Positions 19,227 through 28,226 of a stretch of 64,000 bases of DNA are shown piece by piece. The DNA comes from an uncultured Alphaproteobacteria bacterium. GTDB taxonomy: Bacteria; Pseudomonadota; Alphaproteobacteria; RF32; CAG-239. Position numbers and translations under genes: made by a program. The DNA lies in the NCBI GenBank assembly GCA_944390265.1, contig CALXPK010000069.1, positions 7,322-71,321 on the forward strand. Direction: 5' to 3'. The notes below the pieces were generated by a model that was not told where the DNA came from, did not search any database, and saw nothing but the letters and a program-made list of their open reading frames with translations. The stretch's first letter is position 1; each line of letters begins with the position of its first letter.

Positions 19227-19547
19227 TTAATCTGCCGCTACCGGAGCTTGAGGCTCTGAATTTTGAGTGGCAGGAGCGGAAGTTTCTACGTCCAGAATGG
19301 AGTTTGACGGACGTTCATTTCCTCTATGATATATTGACAGTGAAATACTGGTGATGATGAAAATCGTTGCCAAAATTGCTGTCAAACGGGTTAAGAAATT
19401 GCCTTTGCCGCGTGCGGTTAAGAAATTGCTGGCACCGCTGCCGCCGCCCAGACCATCCAAAGCACCGCCAGTGGAGCGTTGCAACAAAATGACGGTAACC
19501 AAAAAGATGGCTACAATCAAATGGACAACCAATAAAACTGTTCCCAT
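19227..19547 (-). CDS. secG: Preprotein translocase subunit SecG
   Basis: Two TM helices with the characteristic LLQRSTGGALDGLGGG loop. Confidence 0.85.
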   Translation of the reverse strand: MGTVLLVVHLIVAIFLVTVILLQRSTGGALDGLGGGSGASNFLTARGKGNFLTRLTAILATIFIITSISLSIYHRGNERPSNSILDVETSAPATQNSEPQAPVAAD

Positions 19548-19569
19548 AACTTATATCCTTATTCTTTAA

Positions 19570-20331
19570 TTAAAAACCGGCATTTTTGGCAATGGCGATG
19601 AAGTCTTCAACTTTCAAGCTGGCACCGCCGATTAAAGCACCGTCTACATCCGGCAAAGCCAAAAATTCTTTAGCATTAGCCGGTTTGACGGAACCGCCGT
19701 ACAAAATGCGCATTTTGTTGGCATTGCCTTTGCCCAATTTTTTGGCCAAAACTTTTCTTACGGCTGCATGAACTTCTTCAACATCTTGAGCAGTCGGGGT
19801 TTTTCCGGTGCCAATGGCCCAAACCGGCTCATAAGCAATGACGGTGTTGGCAGCCGTGGCGGTTTCAGGAACCGAACCCATGATTTGTTTGGTGCAAACT
19901 TCAATGGTCTTGCCGGCATCGCGTTCAGCCAAGGTTTCACCAATGCAGATGATGACTTTCAAGCCGGCATTGTATGCTGCTTGAGATTTTTTGCAGATAA
20001 GCTCATTGCTCTCACCATGGTCGGCTCTTCTTTCCGAGTGACCGGTGATAACATATTGGCAACCCAAATCTTTCAGCATAACCGGACTGATATCTCCGGT
20101 GTGAGCGCCTTTTTCAGCAAAATGGCAATCTTGTGCGCCCAAGGCAACTTTGGCACCGCGCAGGGCTTTTTTGACCGAAGTTAACAAGGTGAACGGCGGG
20201 CAAACCAAAAATTCGCATTCCGGTTTTCCCATTTTTTTGACTTCGGCGGCAACGCCTTTTGCCAAAGCAACACCGTCTTCCAGAAGACCATTCATCTTCC
20301 AGTTGCCGGCAATCATAATTTTTCTAGCCAT
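19570..20331 (-). CDS. tpiA: Triosephosphate isomerase
   Basis: IAGNWKMNG, GHSERR, and AYEPVWAIGTGKT. Confidence 0.97.
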   Translation of the reverse strand: MARKIMIAGNWKMNGLLEDGVALAKGVAAEVKKMGKPECEFLVCPPFTLLTSVKKALRGAKVALGAQDCHFAEKGAHTGDISPVMLKDLGCQYVITGHSERRADHGESNELICKKSQAAYNAGLKVIICIGETLAERDAGKTIEVCTKQIMGSVPETATAANTVIAYEPVWAIGTGKTPTAQDVEEVHAAVRKVLAKKLGKGNANKMRILYGGSVKPANAKEFLALPDVDGALIGGASLKVEDFIAIAKNAGF

Positions 20332-20465
20332 TTTTTTGTCCTTTTACTTTTATAAAAAACACATTTGACTTCTATTTAGCATAACAAATTTTAATTTTCC
20401 AGATAAAAAAACTTTTCAACACCATTATTTTGTGAAGATTTTCGTGTATTATTTTAAATATTATA

Positions 20466-20493
20466 AAGACATCTGATAAAAATGTTTTATAAT
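20466..20493 (+). promoter_or_regulatory. Candidate sigma70-type promoter for ppiD
   Basis: AAGACA, 16 nt, then TATAAT (20488..20493), about 40 nt upstream of the start codon. Confidence 0.4.
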
Positions 20494-20531
20494 TGCCTCA
20501 ATTTTAAATGTTTGTTTTAAGGTGGATGAAA

Positions 20532-22415
20532 ATGATTACCAAATTGTCCAAATTTAAAGATTCTTGGATTATCAAGATTTTACTGACTTTAACCGCGTTG
20601 AGCTTTGTGTCTTTGTTCGGGATTACCGGCTATATCGGCAGTGCCGGCAAAAACAACCCCGTGATTGAAGTTGATGATATCAAAATCAACAAGGCCGAAA
20701 TTAATGCTGAATATGCACACGAGTTGCAAATGGCTCAGAACCTTTTCGGCGAAAATCTTGATATTAATGAAGCCATGAAAGTGGCCATTTTGCAAAATAT
20801 TATGCAAAAAGAACTCATCAACGCCATTATGCAGGCTTCCGCCGATGATTTGGGCGTGAGCATCAGCGATGATTATATCCGCAAAATCATTTTCTCTCAG
20901 GCCGAATTTTTGGATGCCAACGGAATGTTCAGCCACGAAAAATTTTCCCGCTTGCTCGCCCTCTCCGGCTGGAGCGAAGATAAATATATCCAAACCCTTA
21001 AATTGGATATTATCAAACAACACCTCGTTCAAGGTTTGGTCAGCGGCTTTAACGTTCCGCAATTTATGACACCTTATTTGGAAAAAATTGCCAACCAACA
21101 AAAAGTGTTCAAATATATTACCATTGATACTGACAAACTGCCGATTGACCGCAAAATTTCTCAAGACGAATTGGAACAATATTATCAAGACTTTTCCGTT
21201 CAATTTACCGAGCCGGAAAAACGCGATGCTTCTTTCATTGTTTTGAACCTGAATGATATGGCAGCTCAATATACCCCGTCTCAAGATGAAATTCAGGCTT
21301 ATTATGATGAGCATATCGACCAATTTGTCACACCGGAAAAACGTAATATTTTGCAAATGGTCTTTGACAAAGAAGATGATGCTTTTGCCGCCATGCAAAA
21401 GCTCAATGCCGGTCAAGACTTCTATGCCGTGGCCAAAGAAATGGCTCATCAAGACAAAGCTGCAACCGAACTTGGCTGGGTGGCCAAAGACCAGCTCATT
21501 GCCGATATGGGCGATAGAATGTTTGAGGCCAAGAAAAACGAAATTGCCGGTCCGGTTAAGTCCGAACTCGGTTGGCATATCATGAAACTTGTCGGCATTC
21601 AGCCCAAGTCGGAAATGTCTCGCGCAACCGCCGATAAAAAAATTGTCGAAGAACTGCGTAAAGAACAGGCTTATGACATTGCTTATGAAAAAATGGCCAA
21701 AATCGAAGATGAAATCGGCGCCGGTAAAACTTTTGCCGAGATTGCCAAAGAAAACAACGCCACCATCTACAACGTTAAAGGAATCGATGATCAAGGCAAA
21801 GCCAAATCCATCAGCAAAGGTCAGGAAAAACTCTTGAAATCGACCGATTTTGTTGATGCCGTTTTCTCTTATAATGTGGATGAAATCAGCCAGGTTATTG
21901 AAGAAGAAGATGGTTTTGTCATTGTTAATGTGGATGCCATTGTTGATGCTCACCCGATGGATATTAATGATGTGAAACCCGAAATTGAAAAAATGTGGGC
22001 CGAAAATGAGCGCTCAGCCATTGCGCAAGAAATTGTCAATGACGTGACCCACGATTTGGAAAACGGCGATAACATCAGCGAAGTTGCCGCTCGTTTCAAA
22101 CTCAAACTCAACACCACAAAACCTTTGAAGAGAAACGAAAACTTTGCCAACCTCAACGGCCTTCAGATGAAAGAAATGTTCCAAGAGCCGCTCAACAGCG
22201 CCAAGGTTTATGCGCTTGACAACATCACCATCATTGCCGTGGCCGACAAAGTGGTTGATGCCAACAAGAAGCTCTCCAAAGATGAGGCCAATGCTTTGTT
22301 GATGAAAACTTCAGCCGAAATTTCGCAAGAAGCCGCCAACCAGTTGGTTGATGCTTATGGCGCAAATTATAAGGTGAAGGTGGATTATAAAGAAGCCGGC
22401 TTGGGCGATATTTAA
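20532..22415 (+). CDS. ppiD: Periplasmic chaperone / peptidyl-prolyl isomerase PpiD-like
   Basis: N-terminal membrane anchor (IIKILLTLTALSFVSLFGI), a SurA-N-like region, and a parvulin segment (ELGWVAKDQL...GPVKSELGWHIMKL). The start at 20532 sits 6 nt after AAGGTGG; ATGs at 20508 and 20526 are alternatives. Confidence 0.75.
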   Translation: MITKLSKFKDSWIIKILLTLTALSFVSLFGITGYIGSAGKNNPVIEVDDIKINKAEINAEYAHELQMAQNLFGENLDINEAMKVAILQNIMQKELINAIMQASADDLGVSISDDYIRKIIFSQAEFLDANGMFSHEKFSRLLALSGWSEDKYIQTLKLDIIKQHLVQGLVSGFNVPQFMTPYLEKIANQQKVFKYITIDTDKLPIDRKISQDELEQYYQDFSVQFTEPEKRDASFIVLNLNDMAAQYTPSQDEIQAYYDEHIDQFVTPEKRNILQMVFDKEDDAFAAMQKLNAGQDFYAVAKEMAHQDKAATELGWVAKDQLIADMGDRMFEAKKNEIAGPVKSELGWHIMKLVGIQPKSEMSRATADKKIVEELRKEQAYDIAYEKMAKIEDEIGAGKTFAEIAKENNATIYNVKGIDDQGKAKSISKGQEKLLKSTDFVDAVFSYNVDEISQVIEEEDGFVIVNVDAIVDAHPMDINDVKPEIEKMWAENERSAIAQEIVNDVTHDLENGDNISEVAARFKLKLNTTKPLKRNENFANLNGLQMKEMFQEPLNSAKVYALDNITIIAVADKVVDANKKLSKDEANALLMKTSAEISQEAANQLVDAYGANYKVKVDYKEAGLGDI

Positions 22416-22440
22416 TTTCCCTCTTCTATCAAACAACAAA

Positions 22441-22471
22441 AGCGCTTGATGCAAATCGGGCGCTTTTTTTT
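22441..22471 (+). terminator. Intrinsic terminator after ppiD
   Basis: AGCGCTTGAT-GCAA-ATCGGGCGCT forms a 10-bp stem with two G-U pairs and is followed by T8. Confidence 0.65.
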
Positions 22472-22562
22472 GATAAGGAAAAAATATAGACAAAAATTTT
22501 CTTGCTTCTTGGGCGCTAATGTGTTAGACCTTATCTCATCAACCAATTAAATAGATATAATT

Positions 22563-23183
22563 ATGAACGCAAAAGCAAGAACTAAAACGGCCGATGCGGC
22601 CGTCAGCGGAAAAAAGCTGATTGCCAAGAAAAGTTTTAATCAAAACAAATTTCGGGCTTTTATTGAACTTCGTCACGAAAGTGAAATTTGGGTCAAAGGA
22701 CAATTTATCCATTGGCGTTGGTTTAATGGACCTGAAATAGAAATCACAACTTTGGCTCCGGAGTTAAAACAAAAACTCTTGAATGCGCATTATTTTGTTT
22801 CTCGGCAAAAAAACGATGTGCTCAATGCCATTAAAATGGTTTGGCACGAAGCAGCCAAACAAAATGATTTTTTTCGAGGGGCTGACGAGCTTCAACTCAG
22901 TCGTCTGATTGCCAAAAAACGTTTTAACGGCGGACAGGCCGCGGCTTTTCTTGAAATGCGGCGTGCTTCCGAATTTTGGGTCTATGGCAAATTTTATGAC
23001 CCGCGCGGTGTCAGAGGGCCGGAAGTGCAAATTGAATTGGAGATTTCCGAAAATTTGAAAGAGGAATTTCTGTTCAGAGAAACTTGGACCGAGCCTATGT
23101 CCGAAAAAATGCTGGAAATTGTTCATCTGGCATGGAAACAAGCCGCTGAAAAAGATTCCTTTTTTAAGGGTTTGACGGCTTAA
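22563..23183 (+). CDS. Hypothetical protein built from two tandem ~90-aa repeats
   Basis: Residues ~17-106 align with ~113-203: LIAKKsFN...AFiElR..SEiWV.G.F...r...GPEi.I......L........ then vW..AA...dFF.G. Confidence 0.6.
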   Translation: MNAKARTKTADAAVSGKKLIAKKSFNQNKFRAFIELRHESEIWVKGQFIHWRWFNGPEIEITTLAPELKQKLLNAHYFVSRQKNDVLNAIKMVWHEAAKQNDFFRGADELQLSRLIAKKRFNGGQAAAFLEMRRASEFWVYGKFYDPRGVRGPEVQIELEISENLKEEFLFRETWTEPMSEKMLEIVHLAWKQAAEKDSFFKGLTA

Positions 23184-23191
23184 CCGCCCTT

Positions 23192-23241
23192 AAAGAAAAG
23201 GCGTTTTCCTCTATATTGAAGGAAAGCGCCTTTCTTTTTTT
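23192..23241. terminator. Bidirectional terminator between convergent genes
   Basis: GGCGTTTTCC-11 nt-GGAAAGCGCC forms 10 bp with one wobble, flanked by an A-rich tract upstream and TTTCTTTTTTT downstream. Confidence 0.55.
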
Positions 23242-23757
23242 CTACAACGGATAATAGCCGACCTGCATGAAATCTACTGAACCGGCATTCAGATATTTCA
23301 ACAGATAATCGGCATATGTCCGCCATTCTTTGATTTGATAAAATTGTGCCGTATAGTCCAATTTTTCCAAAAGCTGCGGGTTCAAAAAACTCATGAAATA
23401 GGTGATGTTTTTGTTCCGCCTCATGAGATAGGCCGAAAAATCGGTATCATTGATATAGCCTATGGTCAGTGCCTTAACATCTTCCAGCGGCTGATGCACC
23501 ACGGCAAAACAACAATGGATTCCCCGACCGCAGAATTTGATGCTGGCAAAATCCATTTTACCGATTTTCATTTGTTTGATGATTTGCAATTGAAGGACAA
23601 TATCTTGCTGATTGGCGCCCTCAATATTGAAGCAAAATCCATTTTTCTCGTTTTGATTATCCACAAAAACCGCCGGATAAGGTTTGACATAGGCCAACCT
23701 CTCCTGCAACAAATTTTCCTTAAACTGAGCTAAATTGATGTGCTTTTCTAAGGCCAA
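23242..23757 (-). CDS. Hypothetical protein (171 aa as drawn from a TTG start)
   Basis: Long ORF. The only start in frame is TTG at 23757. An ATG at 23782 is out of frame by one base across an 8-nt homopolymer (see findings). Confidence 0.45.
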   Translation of the reverse strand: MALEKHINLAQFKENLLQERLAYVKPYPAVFVDNQNEKNGFCFNIEGANQQDIVLQLQIIKQMKIGKMDFASIKFCGRGIHCCFAVVHQPLEDVKALTIGYINDTDFSAYLMRRNKNITYFMSFLNPQLLEKLDYTAQFYQIKEWRTYADYLLKYLNAGSVDFMQVGYYPL

Positions 23758-23865
23758 AAAAAACGGGAACTTCGGTTACCATAATTTTATTTTTTTAAGA
23801 TTAGTAATATGCATAATTGTACTTTTAATGTTTTGTCTATATCACCTTTTTTTATAATTGGCAAC

Positions 23866-23890
23866 CAAAAAGCCCGCAAGAAGCGCGGGC
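23866..23890 (-). terminator. Intrinsic terminator after ORF 23916..24500
   Basis: On the minus strand GCCCGC-GCTTCTT-GCGGGC followed by TTTTTGG. Confidence 0.55.
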
Positions 23891-23915
23891 TTTTTCTTTT
23901 TTTTCATGACTTGTC

Positions 23916-24500
23916 TTATTCAATGCAGCAATCGACAGCTTTTCTGACAAAGGCCTTCATTTTGGCCAAAGCACCTTCGGGGGCTTTTTCTTCAACCACC
24001 GGCGTCGGTGCGGCAGCCAAATTTTCATTGACTTTAGCGGTTAGCTTTTTCACGTCTTCAACGCTGTCTTCCACCCATTTGACATCGGCCACGTTGAGCA
24101 TATTCATATTGAGGCCCCAGAACAAGCAATAGAGCTCATAGGCTTGGTTGAACAGGTCGTAAGCCTGTTCTTTGTGCCCCAAACTTTGTTGCTTGGTGCC
24201 GACTTCCATCAGGCGCATGGATGAGGCCAGCAAGTGTTTGGAGATGCACCAGACCTCCCCTTCATAGGAAGGGATGATTTTTTGCATCAGATTTTTTCTT
24301 TTTTCACGCACTTCTTCAATCAAATCATAAAAAGCGGTTTTGCCGGTTTTGGCGCCGGAAAAGACCAGATGCTCTTCAATGGAAATTAAATTCATAATGG
24401 CGATGGTCAAATCTTGGTCAGATGACAAATCTTTGGGATTGACCTTTTTGGAACTGTCTATTCTTTCAACAAATTCTTTAACACTTTTGGCTTTGTTCAT
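23916..24500 (-). CDS. Hypothetical soluble helical protein ending in CCIE
   Basis: 194-aa ORF with no named family recognised. Motifs LTIAIMNLISIEEHL and EVWCISKHLL. Six nt downstream of the membrane partner gene. Confidence 0.55.
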   Translation of the reverse strand: MNKAKSVKEFVERIDSSKKVNPKDLSSDQDLTIAIMNLISIEEHLVFSGAKTGKTAFYDLIEEVREKRKNLMQKIIPSYEGEVWCISKHLLASSMRLMEVGTKQQSLGHKEQAYDLFNQAYELYCLFWGLNMNMLNVADVKWVEDSVEDVKKLTAKVNENLAAAPTPVVEEKAPEGALAKMKAFVRKAVDCCIE

Positions 24501-24505
24501 TTGTT

Positions 24506-25051
24506 TTACTCCATAAAACTCAATAAATCTTCAGCATTGGCGGTCGGGGTGCACAATGGATTGTAGTAAAACCAAGTGCTGACAAGCGCCAAAGCCACCA
24601 CCGGAACAACCACTTTTTCAAACGGAAAATGGGCATGGCCGCCGTTTTTTGCCTTCATCCATTGATAAAAATCTGACGACCAGATGAAGACCAAAGCCCC
24701 CAAAACGGCACTGAACAAAAACGGATCAAGATAAAAAATGAGAATCGGTTTCGGACTATAAGTCAACTGGCCCATATACATAAAACCAATCATGGCCACG
24801 CTCAAAGTTACCAACCAAAAATCGCGGCCTTTGAAGTTCCAGCCTTTTTTGTCAAACCATTTGATGAGCCAGAAGCCCAACAAGGCCATAAAAGCGCCGC
24901 CCCAAACGCCGACCACACTGTCATCCACACCAAACTGGCGGGCAATTTCCAATGATGCGCCGACGGCCACGGTGCAAACGGCACAGGCCGGATTGGCCAA
25001 GGCAGGTAAACTAAAGGCGGTAATAAACATCAAAACCAATGCAACAGTCAT
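24506..25051 (-). CDS. Hypothetical polytopic membrane protein with N-terminal CxxC
   Basis: From the ATG at 25051 (AAGGA ribosome-binding site): signal-like MTVALVLMFITAFSLPALA, then NPACAVCTVAVG and at least 4 hydrophobic helices. The track ORF start at 25153 is unlikely. Confidence 0.6.
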   Translation of the reverse strand: MTVALVLMFITAFSLPALANPACAVCTVAVGASLEIARQFGVDDSVVGVWGGAFMALLGFWLIKWFDKKGWNFKGRDFWLVTLSVAMIGFMYMGQLTYSPKPILIFYLDPFLFSAVLGALVFIWSSDFYQWMKAKNGGHAHFPFEKVVVPVVALALVSTWFYYNPLCTPTANAEDLLSFME

Positions 25052-25084
25052 TTTTTTATCCTTTTTCTCAACGTTTTCACATAT

Positions 25085-25114
25085 ATAATATATGTAATAT
25101 ATCAAAACTGTCAA
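25085..25114 (-). promoter_or_regulatory. Candidate sigma70-type promoter for the 25051..23916 gene pair
   Basis: On the minus strand TTGACA, 18 nt, then TATTAT. The -10 element lies 34 nt upstream of the ATG. Confidence 0.5.
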
Positions 25115-25207
25115 GTGTTTATAATCAAAATCAATTTGAAAAATTTTATGCACTATTTTTTTGTTTATTATCGCCTTTTGACTTAAAAAAGCAATATTTA
25201 ACTTCTG

Positions 25208-26953
25208 TTATTCAGCTTTCTTTTCGGTTTCCTCCTCATCATGCATTTTGAGATAACGTCTGGTCATCTTCAAAGCATTTTCAAAAGTTGAAGCCACGGA
25301 AATGCCGTGAATATCAATTCCTTCCTTATCAAAAGCATCGTGCAAAACACGACGCGGTTGTTTTTTGACGTTGGAAAGAATAATCTTGGTGTCGGTTTGC
25401 TGCAATTTTTTTACAAACTCGACAATGATATTGGCGCCGGTGGCATCCACAACCGGAACAAAGCCCATACGCAAGATGACGACTTTGGGGTGCTGGTGCG
25501 GCAAATTCATCTTTTTGAAAAAGCTCGAGATTTGTGAAGCGACGCCAAAGAACAGCGGACCTGAAAAGCGCAACGAAACCACACCTTTTTCATGCAAAAC
25601 TTCGGTCAAATCGCGACCGCCGCCCACATATTCCAAAGAGGTTTCATCGGTTTCAATTTCCATCTCGCGGCTCATGCGGTGCATGAAAATGACGCTCGAC
25701 ATGATAAAGCCAACGCTGATGGCGGTGTTCAAGTCAACCAACAAGGTGAGCAAAACCGTGATAATCAATGTATATCTATCCCCTTTGGGACCCAACACCA
25801 ATTTATACATTTTATCCAAGCCCAGCATGTTCCACCCAATCAGAATCAAAATGGCAGACAAACAAGAAAGCGGAATATATTTGGCTAAAGGCGCCAACAA
25901 CAGCATGAACAAAACCAAGAAAACAGATTGCATCATGCCGGCAATCGGCGAATAGGCATTGGCTTTGAAGTTGGTGGCCGTACGGGCAATGGCACCGGTG
26001 GCCGGAACGCCCATGAAAAATGAGCAAATGATGTTGGCAAAGCCCTCGCCTATCAACTCGGCATTGGAGTTGTGGTTATCACCGCTCATACCATCGACCA
26101 CGGTGGCGCTGAGCAAAGATTCAACACCGGCCAAAAAGGCAATGGTCAAACCGCTCGGCACAACTTTTAAGAACAAATCCAAATCAAAAGTCGGGATATG
26201 CGGTGCCGGCAAAAAGTGCGGGATTCCGCCAAACTGACTGCCGATGGTGACGGCATTGATGCCAAACATGCTCAAAATGCCGACCAAAACCGTGCCGCCG
26301 ACCACGCTCAACAAATATGCCGGCCATTTGGGGTGTTTGGCTTTGGCATAAAAAATGATGGCAAAAGACAAGGCCGCAATCAACACAGAACTCCAGCTGA
26401 AGGTGCTAAGATGGGTTAAATAGGCTTTCCATTTGGGCAAAAAAGCCGACGGCAAGTCTTCAATTTGCAGACCGAGCAAGTCTTTGACCTGTGTGGTAAT
26501 CAGCAACAGGCCGATACCAGCGGTAAAGCCGATGACAACCGGATAAGGAATATATCTGATATAGCTGCCGAATCGGAGCAAGCCGGCAACAATCAAAGCC
26601 AAACCGGCCACCAACATGGTCATGGCCAAACCGGCATAGCCAAATTGTTGCATCACCCCGAAAATGACAACAACAAAGGCACCGGTCGGGCCGCCGATTT
26701 GATAACGGCTGCCGCCTAAAAAGGCAATGAAAAATCCGGCAACAATGGCCGTGTATAAACCTTGAGCCGGTGTGACACCCGAGGCAATGGCCAAGGCCAA
26801 AGCCAACGGAATGGAGATGACGGCTACGGTCAGACCGGCAATGGCATCTCTTTTGAACTCATTTTTGCCGTAGCCTTTTTGCAAAACTTCTACCAGTTTC
26901 GGAGCAAAATTTTTGCCGTAAAAACTGGTGAAGCGATTGATTATCGCTAACAT
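25208..26953 (-). CDS. SulP-family anion transporter with C-terminal STAS domain
   Basis: AGLTVAVISIPLALALAIASGV, GGSRYQIGGPTGAFVVV, about 10 or more TM segments, and a STAS-like C-terminus (VVILRMGFVPVVDATG). Confidence 0.9.
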   Translation of the reverse strand: MLAIINRFTSFYGKNFAPKLVEVLQKGYGKNEFKRDAIAGLTVAVISIPLALALAIASGVTPAQGLYTAIVAGFFIAFLGGSRYQIGGPTGAFVVVIFGVMQQFGYAGLAMTMLVAGLALIVAGLLRFGSYIRYIPYPVVIGFTAGIGLLLITTQVKDLLGLQIEDLPSAFLPKWKAYLTHLSTFSWSSVLIAALSFAIIFYAKAKHPKWPAYLLSVVGGTVLVGILSMFGINAVTIGSQFGGIPHFLPAPHIPTFDLDLFLKVVPSGLTIAFLAGVESLLSATVVDGMSGDNHNSNAELIGEGFANIICSFFMGVPATGAIARTATNFKANAYSPIAGMMQSVFLVLFMLLLAPLAKYIPLSCLSAILILIGWNMLGLDKMYKLVLGPKGDRYTLIITVLLTLLVDLNTAISVGFIMSSVIFMHRMSREMEIETDETSLEYVGGGRDLTEVLHEKGVVSLRFSGPLFFGVASQISSFFKKMNLPHQHPKVVILRMGFVPVVDATGANIIVEFVKKLQQTDTKIILSNVKKQPRRVLHDAFDKEGIDIHGISVASTFENALKMTRRYLKMHDEEETEKKAE

Positions 26954-27126
26954 TTCTTTTCTTCTTTCTTTTTTTCTGAAATTTTTTGATTTTTTACACA
27001 GCGGCTATCAATACTACTTTTGTGTTGTCTGTCAAGACATCGGCACAAGTTTTTTGCAGATATTTTTGGGCTTGAACCTCACGCGTTTTTGCTCTATTTT
27101 GCTTTATATTTTGAAAGGTAAATTTT

Positions 27127-28167
27127 ATGCAAAATTTGATTGAAAAAGCGCTTAACACACATCAACTTTCCAAAGAGGAACTGCTTTTTTTGTTGCAAGA
27201 TGACAGCAACTTAGATGCCCTGCTCAAAGCTGCCGATGAAGTGCGCCGAGAATATGTCGGGGATGAGATTCATCTGCGCGGATTGATTGAATTTTCCAAC
27301 TTTTGCAAAAACAATTGCCTTTATTGCGGTTTGCGGCGCGATAATAAAAATTTGACGCGTTACCGCATGGATGAAGAAACCATCATCGCTCTTGCCGCCC
27401 ACGCCAAAGAAATGGGGCTTCACACCGTGGTTTTGCAATCGGGCGAAGATTTGCACTTCAACACCGAGCGGATGTGCCGCATTATCCGCGGTATCAAAGA
27501 ACTCGGCTTGGCTTTGACTTTAAGCATTGGCGAAAAAACAAAAGAAGAATATGCCGCCTACAAACAAGCCGGTGCCGACCGTTATCTTATCCGCATCGAA
27601 ACGACTGATAAACAACTTTATTTGGACAACGACCCCGGCATGAGCTGGGAAGAGCGCGCGGCTTGCATCCGCAACCTCAAAGCCTTGGGCTATGAGCTTG
27701 GTTCGGGCTGTTTGGTCGGGCTTCCAAACCAAAGTCTTGCTTCTTTGGCGGATGATATTCTCTTTTTCAAAGAAGTGGATTGTGACATGGTTGGAATCGG
27801 GCCGTTTATTCCGCACCCCGACACGCCCTTGAAAAATGCTCAAGGGAGACAACTTAATCTTTCACTTAAAGTGATGGCTTTGACCCGCTTGTTATTACCC
27901 GATATTAACATCCCGGCAACAACGGCGATGGAAACGCTTGCTCCCGACGGTCAAACCAAAGCCTTAAACGGCGGCGCCAATGTGATTATGCCGAATGTCA
28001 CCCTCACCGATTATCGCAAATTTTATCAGCTTTATCCGGGGAAGACCACCACCGGCTATACCCCCGATGATTCTTTGAAAAAAGTGATTGATAAAATTCA
28101 GGCACTCGGCCGCAGTGTCGGCAAAGGATGCGGCATCAGCCCGCACTGGCTCAAAGAGCAAAAATAA
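27127..28167 (+). CDS. hydE: [FeFe]-hydrogenase H-cluster radical SAM maturase HydE (HydE/PylB-like)
   Basis: IEFSNFCKNNCLYCGLRRDNKNLTRYRM carries the CX3CX2C motif in the HydE-type context. Also VVLQSGED and 346 aa. Confidence 0.75.
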   Translation: MQNLIEKALNTHQLSKEELLFLLQDDSNLDALLKAADEVRREYVGDEIHLRGLIEFSNFCKNNCLYCGLRRDNKNLTRYRMDEETIIALAAHAKEMGLHTVVLQSGEDLHFNTERMCRIIRGIKELGLALTLSIGEKTKEEYAAYKQAGADRYLIRIETTDKQLYLDNDPGMSWEERAACIRNLKALGYELGSGCLVGLPNQSLASLADDILFFKEVDCDMVGIGPFIPHPDTPLKNAQGRQLNLSLKVMALTRLLLPDINIPATTAMETLAPDGQTKALNGGANVIMPNVTLTDYRKFYQLYPGKTTTGYTPDDSLKKVIDKIQALGRSVGKGCGISPHWLKEQK

Positions 28168-28226
28168 TGATTGCACCATCGCATAAAAAATGATATATTT
28201 TTTCTTAGAACAAAAATTATTAAGAT

